From contig JBOFUV010000100.1 of the NCBI GenBank assembly GCA_051652765.1, positions 1 through 53,908 of the forward strand: a stretch of 53,908 bases of DNA, in the 5' to 3' direction. Both the position numbers and the translations under genes were made by a program. Shown piece after piece: positions 49,030 to 53,908 of this stretch. This DNA comes from Microcoleaceae cyanobacterium. Lineage in GTDB: Bacteria; Cyanobacteriota; Cyanobacteriia; Cyanobacteriales; Microcoleaceae. The notes under the pieces are model-generated. The model had not been told where the DNA came from. It worked only from the letters and a program-made list of their open reading frames with translations, and did no database searches. Each line of letters opens with the position of its first letter. Position 1 is the stretch's first letter.

Positions 49030-49400
49030 TCAGATGCGCTTCGACTTAGCATCGAGGGAATTCTCTTTAACCAAGTTAATTAGTCTGTGTGCTAAAGCTT
49101 TCACCATTGGGCGATTGGAAACCTCTTGTCCTCGTTCAAGATAGTGAACTTTTCCTTTTAAAATTGGAGACTCAGATTCAATGGTATCGGCTTGACCGTT
49201 ATAGTCGCTATAGACTATGGCAGCAATTGTCAAAGGATTATCCAGTTTGGTTTGACAAAATCAGGACAACCTGAGATGGAGTAGAAATCTTCTGGAGCGT
49301 CTGGATGTTCTAGAATTGCTAGCTTTAATCCCTCTTTGAGAACGGTTTTTCCAGTGTTAGCGGGGCCACAGAGGACTACTTTAACCGCAGATCTGGTCAT
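49030..49400 (-). pseudogene. Internally deleted and frameshifted P-loop ATPase resembling Csx3-associated ATPases of type III CRISPR loci
   Basis: The frame from ATG 49400 reads MTRSAVKVVLCGPANTGKTVLKEGLK...YSISGCPD; a second frame from about 49260 reads FCQTKLDNPLTIAAIVYSDY...VHYLERG...RPMVKALA. Confidence 0.65.
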
Positions 49401-49739
49401 ATTCGATCTCTAGGGTTTGCCCAACTTGATACTGAGGAGAATGGCTGATGGTTACAACATATCAATATGATCGCTGTAAGACCTATTACTTCGTTGTTAA
49501 TATTTCTTAATGCCCAATGTGCCAGTTGGAAGTGCGGAATGTGGGTTCTAAGCTTTTAGGTAACGGATTAACAAGGTTGATAAAGGAGTATTATTTTGTT
49601 CCCGCATCGAGAACATATTTGCATTTGTACATAAAAACATAACAAAACGTTAAGATTTTGGATTCCAGCACTGGAAAATAAAAAATAGAGTAAGTATTGA
49701 ATTTATATACTTAAGCTATTTTAAAAAATATCAAAAAAA

Positions 49740-52700
49740 ATGAGTATGAATACATACACTACCGACCTAATCTTTGTTGATTCTCAGGTTAATAACTATC
49801 AGGACTTAATCGCAGAAACCTCTCCCAATACCGAAGTCATCCTTCTGGACTCCTCTCAAGATGGCATCGAACGAATCACCCAAGCCTTAGCCGGACGAAC
49901 CAATATTGAGAGCGTTCAAATTATTTCTCACGGGAACGACGGACAGTTAAATCTGGGCGCAACAACATTAACTTCCGAAAATATTAACAGTTACACTCAA
50001 CAATTAAGTCAGTGGGGAAATGCTTTAACTTCAAATGGCGATATTTTACTGTTAGGCTGTAATATTGCCGCTTCAGATATTGGCAAAAATTTCGTACAAC
50101 AGTTGAGCCAGATAACAGGAGCAGATGTTGTTTCATCAGAGGATTTAACCGGAAATACAAATCTGGGCGGAGATTGGGTATTAGAATATGCAACCGGGTT
50201 AATTGATGCGCCTCTCGCCCTACAAATTGGAGCGATGGAAGCTTATGATCATGTATTAGCAGACTTTACAGTTAGCACAGCCGCAGAGCTAACGAATGCC
50301 CTCAATCAAGCCCGTAATAACTTTGAAGAAGATGAAATTACGCTAGCAGGTAATATTAACGGATTTACAAACTCCTTTGCGATTGATCTTCAAGATAATG
50401 AACCCCTAACAATTATCGGGAATGGTAACACAATTGATGGGGGTAATAACAGTCAAATTTTCCGCATTGTTAACGGAACAGTTCTTTTTTCTAATTTTAC
50501 TCTGCAAAATGGTCGCGCTAGAGGAGGCGATGGAATAACAGGCGGTGGCGGTGGTTTGGGCGCGGGTGGTGCTTTGTACATCGACGCTGGAAACGTCACC
50601 GTTGAAAATGTCAGATTTAATAATAACCAAGCCATTGGCGGAAATTCTCCCAACGGTGCCGGACGGGGCGGCGGTTCTGACAACCGAGGAAACGGCGGAG
50701 GGAGTGGCGGACAGTTAAACGGTGCCTTTGGAACTCCCGGTGTTGGAGGTCAGGGGGGTGATACACATGGCGGAGAGAACCGTGGTAATGCTCAAGCCAA
50801 GCAACAAGGGGGAAATGGCAGTTTTGGAACAGGTGGCGGTGGCGCAGGTGGTGGTGGTGGAGACGGCGTAGACCCCGTATTTGATGAAGATGCCGGTCGC
50901 AATGGCGGGAATGGGGGTAGAGGAGGATTTGGCGGCGGTGGTGGCGGTGGTGGTGGTGGTGGTAGAGATGATAATGATCCACCTGGATTTGGTGGTGACG
51001 AACACGGTAACAGAGGAGATGGGGGTCAAGGGGGAGAATTTGCCGGAAATGGCGGTGGCGGCGGTGGCGAAGTTCAAGATGGCGCTCAAGGTGGCGGCGG
51101 CGCTGGTTTAGGTGGGGCAATTTTTGTTAATTCTGGTGCCTCTTTAAACCTGATAGATGCAACATTTAATAATAATAATGCTCAGGGAGGAACGGGTGCA
51201 GGAAATGGTCAAGGTCGAGGCGGGGGAATTTTTGTTAGGGATGATGCCACCGTTAACAATGTGGGTACAATTTATAGTGGAAATACTGCCTCAACAGCCG
51301 ATAATGATGTATTCGGAAATATTGGTAATCTTACCCTTCCCACGCTACAAGTTTTTAGTTTAACGAACCCTGTTGAACCGGGTACAAATGGTGCTTTTCG
51401 CCTGACTCTGAATCAAGCTTTTGCTAATGACATAGAAGTTAATTATAACATAGCTGGAACAGCAACGAACGGAACTGATTATACGATTCTCGAAAGTCTT
51501 ACAATTCCTGCGGGTCAAACCTTGGCAGAAATTCCAGTCACAATTTTAGATGATACTCGTTTTGACCCCGATGAAACAATTGTTTTAACCCTCGCACAAG
51601 GAAATCCTAATTTTTATACCATTGGGTTTTCTAACAGCGCAACCCTGACGATTGATGATAACGAACCGGAAGTTAGTATTACAGCCGGAACGAATCCTCA
51701 AGAAGAAAATCAGGTTGAAGGAGCGTTTAATATTGCTTTAACCGAACCCGCTCCCGAGGGAGGATTAGCAATTGAATATACACTCGTAGAAACAGCTAGT
51801 TCAGATGATTATACCGCCACGTTAAACGGGGTGGAAATTCCGGTCGGTTCTCTTATTATTCTCGAAGGACAAAGGACGGCTGAAATTACGATTGAACCTG
51901 TTGATGATTCGTTAATTGAAGGGGAAGAAACTCTAGAAATTAGTCTAATTGAACCCGATGATTTAGAAAATTATGCACTTCAAGATGATGCAGCCACAGC
52001 AACACTGTCAATTATTGATAACGAAAAACTCCCCATTGTTAAACTGGGAAAAATTGGTAATCCTTCCGAAGATGGGCCGACTTCGGGAAGTTTTAGCATC
52101 TTTTTGGCCGACCCCGATACGGGTGAATTGTTAGAAAATCCACCCAAGAGAAGTGACGGAGAATTGTTAGAATTAGAGGTTTTTTATGAAGTTGGCGGCA
52201 CAGCAAATAACGGATTAGATTATTCTTCTATTTTATTATCTTCGATTATTCCCGCCGGAAAAACCAGCCAAGCTATCCCGGTAGAAACGTTAAATGATTT
52301 GATTGATGAAGGGAATGAAACGGTTACAATTACCCTTTCTGATGAAAAGCCAGAGGGTGCAATTTATACGATTGATACAACTCCCGCAACGCTAACTATT
52401 ACCGATAATGATACCGTTGGAATTAGCATTTCTGAAATTAACGGTGACACTAATGAACGGGGAGGAGAAGCGAGTTTTACCGTTAAACCAGATAGCGAAC
52501 CGGAAGAACCTGTTACGCTGAGCTTTACCAGTTCCGACACAACAGAAGGAACACTTTTAACCCCTTCTATTACTTTTGATGCTAACAACTGGAATCAATT
52601 CCAAACCGTTAACGTGACGGGGGTTGATGATAGCGAAAGAGATGGTGATCGCAATTTTACCATTCAAACCGATATTACCACTGAGGACGTTCAATATCGT

Positions 52701-53908
52701 GAATTAGACGTTGCAGAAATCGCGGTTAAAAATATCGATGATGAAACCGAAAACGTTTTAATTACTCAATCAAATGGAAGTACAGAAATCAGCGAAGAGG
52801 GAACAACAGATAGCTTTGAAGTGGTATTAACAGGTTTTCCCATTGATGATGTTGTTGTTAATATTACCCCAGATTCTCAAGTCGATCTCGGGAATGGAAT
52901 TGGACAACCCATCACCCTAAATTTTACGCCAGAAAATGCCAGTACGCCGCAAATTGTAACTGTAGAAGCGGTTGATGATGAGGTTGTAGAAGGCGAACAT
53001 CTTAGTAATATTAGCTATATTGCCAATAGCAACGATCCGCTTTATGCGGGTTTGGGAGGGGAAATAAATGTTGATATTACAGACAATGACAATCCCACCA
53101 TTAGCCTAAAATCTGTTGGAAATGGTAGCGAACAAAGTCTCATTCCCGGTGTATTTCAACTCGCGTTAGATCATCCCGCATCCAGTCAAGGATTAACCGT
53201 TAATTATACCGTTTCCGGGGTAGCAACTGCGGGAACAGATTATACAATTGTGGGTTTAGATACGGTTACGAAATCCGGTTCTGTTTATATCGCACCCGGA
53301 GAAACCGGAGTTAACATTAACGTTACTCCCATACAAGATTTATTCACAGAAATAGGCGGAGAAACTGTTACCATTGAGTTAGAAACGGGAACCGGATATA
53401 ACATCGGAACGGTTGCTCCTCAGAGTGTAATAATCACCGATGATGATGTACCGGGTGTGCGAGTTCTAGAAACCGGAAACGGTACCCAAGTTGTCGAACA
53501 AAACGCCGCACCTGTAGACTCAAGTAAAACAGATCGTTATCAAATTTCTCTCACCAGTTCACCCGGAGTTGGCGAAACTGTTGCCATTACTCCGAACTTT
53601 AATAATACTAACTTACAACTGCTTGATTCCAATCAAAATCCCATTACCGAAATTACCTTTGATGCGACAAACTGGAACCAATCACAAGTTATTAATGTTG
53701 TTGGTTTAGATGATAGTCAAGTCGGAACACTAGAACAAATTATTACTCATAGTTCGAGTAGTAGTGATACAACTTCTCCCTACAATAGCGGTTTAGAAAT
53801 CGATGGTAAACCTCTCCCAGAAGTTACCGTTGAGATTACCGAACCAACTTATGATTCTGGCGAAATTGCAGATGGTTTAGCACTCCTTTTTGAACGCATT
53901 GCCGAAAG
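49740..53908 (+). CDS. Giant surface/adhesin-like protein (DUF4347 + Gly-rich region + Calx-beta/Ig-like repeats), truncated by the window end
   Basis: MSMNTYTTDLIFVDSQVNNYQDL...IISHGNDGQLNLG DUF4347 start; poly-Gly region at about 50.5-51.2 kb; GTATNGTDY and DDSLIEGEETL Calx-beta motifs; the same frame reads sensibly at the window end (about 1389 codons). Confidence 0.9.
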   Translation, partial: MSMNTYTTDLIFVDSQVNNYQDLIAETSPNTEVILLDSSQDGIERITQALAGRTNIESVQIISHGNDGQLNLGATTLTSENINSYTQQLSQWGNALTSNGDILLLGCNIAASDIGKNFVQQLSQITGADVVSSEDLTGNTNLGGDWVLEYATGLIDAPLALQIGAMEAYDHVLADFTVSTAAELTNALNQARNNFEEDEITLAGNINGFTNSFAIDLQDNEPLTIIGNGNTIDGGNNSQIFRIVNGTVLFSNFTLQNGRARGGDGITGGGGGLGAGGALYIDAGNVTVENVRFNNNQAIGGNSPNGAGRGGGSDNRGNGGGSGGQLNGAFGTPGVGGQGGDTHGGENRGNAQAKQQGGNGSFGTGGGGAGGGGGDGVDPVFDEDAGRNGGNGGRGGFGGGGGGGGGGGRDDNDPPGFGGDEHGNRGDGGQGGEFAGNGGGGGGEVQDGAQGGGGAGLGGAIFVNSGASLNLIDATFNNNNAQGGTGAGNGQGRGGGIFVRDDATVNNVGTIYSGNTASTADNDVFGNIGNLTLPTLQVFSLTNPVEPGTNGAFRLTLNQAFANDIEVNYNIAGTATNGTDYTILESLTIPAGQTLAEIPVTILDDTRFDPDETIVLTLAQGNPNFYTIGFSNSATLTIDDNEPEVSITAGTNPQEENQVEGAFNIALTEPAPEGGLAIEYTLVETASSDDYTATLNGVEIPVGSLIILEGQRTAEITIEPVDDSLIEGEETLEISLIEPDDLENYALQDDAATATLSIIDNEKLPIVKLGKIGNPSEDGPTSGSFSIFLADPDTGELLENPPKRSDGELLELEVFYEVGGTANNGLDYSSILLSSIIPAGKTSQAIPVETLNDLIDEGNETVTITLSDEKPEGAIYTIDTTPATLTITDNDTVGISISEINGDTNERGGEASFTVKPDSEPEEPVTLSFTSSDTTEGTLLTPSITFDANNWNQFQTVNVTGVDDSERDGDRNFTIQTDITTEDVQYRELDVAEIAVKNIDDETENVLITQSNGSTEISEEGTTDSFEVVLTGFPIDDVVVNITPDSQVDLGNGIGQPITLNFTPENASTPQIVTVEAVDDEVVEGEHLSNISYIANSNDPLYAGLGGEINVDITDNDNPTISLKSVGNGSEQSLIPGVFQLALDHPASSQGLTVNYTVSGVATAGTDYTIVGLDTVTKSGSVYIAPGETGVNINVTPIQDLFTEIGGETVTIELETGTGYNIGTVAPQSVIITDDDVPGVRVLETGNGTQVVEQNAAPVDSSKTDRYQISLTSSPGVGETVAITPNFNNTNLQLLDSNQNPITEITFDATNWNQSQVINVVGLDDSQVGTLEQIITHSSSSSDTTSPYNSGLEIDGKPLPEVTVEITEPTYDSGEIADGLALLFERIAE

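Noticed and set aside
48689..49030. Intact functional CRISPR array
   Set aside because: Only one reasonable and one very weak repeat, and no cas1, cas2, cas6 or cas10 in the window.
48824..49274. Plus-strand ORFs of 106 and 61 aa
   Set aside because: Antisense to the ATPase relic and the leader-like DNA; no motifs.
50406..52588. His/Arg-, Thr- and Val-rich ORFs in the track
   Set aside because: Alternative-frame readings of the Gly-rich and repeat regions of the giant + strand gene.

Overview
A 53.9 kb chromosomal window from a cyanobacterium. The evidence is frequent HIP1 GCGATCGC octamers, the cmpABCD operon, ccmS, a KaiB-domain gene and a K-box/CIRCE groESL promoter; an Oscillatoriales-like filamentous strain is my inference only. 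Most of the window is housekeeping or conserved genes: leuA, a LabA/NYN protein, a NarL-type regulator, groESL, miaE, pilT2, an amidase, PrxQ, 5-oxoprolinase, speD, ccmS, sbcDC and cmpABCD. Four accessory areas stand out. (1) 7.9-10.4 kb: small membrane-protein ORFs, one absent from the ORF track, divergent from an orphan LuxR gene and a small putatively secreted Cys-containing ORF. (2) 20.7-26.1 kb: a defence island with a probable IS630 scar, a DUF262(GmrS-like)-Schlafen/AlbA_2 fusion split by one in-frame amber codon, a DUF1156-type Zn-ribbon DNA methyltransferase and an overlapping PD-(D/E)xK nuclease. This is the best candidate for an undescribed system. (3) 30.1-32.6 kb: a degenerate DEDDh-exonuclease/P-loop ATPase fusion. 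(4) 48.3-49.5 kb: an uncommon tRNA-Arg(UCG) gene, flanked on both sides by diverged copies of a P-loop ATPase C-terminus that resembles type III CRISPR Csx3-associated ATPases, with a degenerate CRISPR-like repeat just upstream of the tRNA. The window ends inside a giant DUF4347/Gly-rich/Calx-beta surface protein gene that the ORF track omits. Family assignments come from motif recognition and memory; no database search was run.
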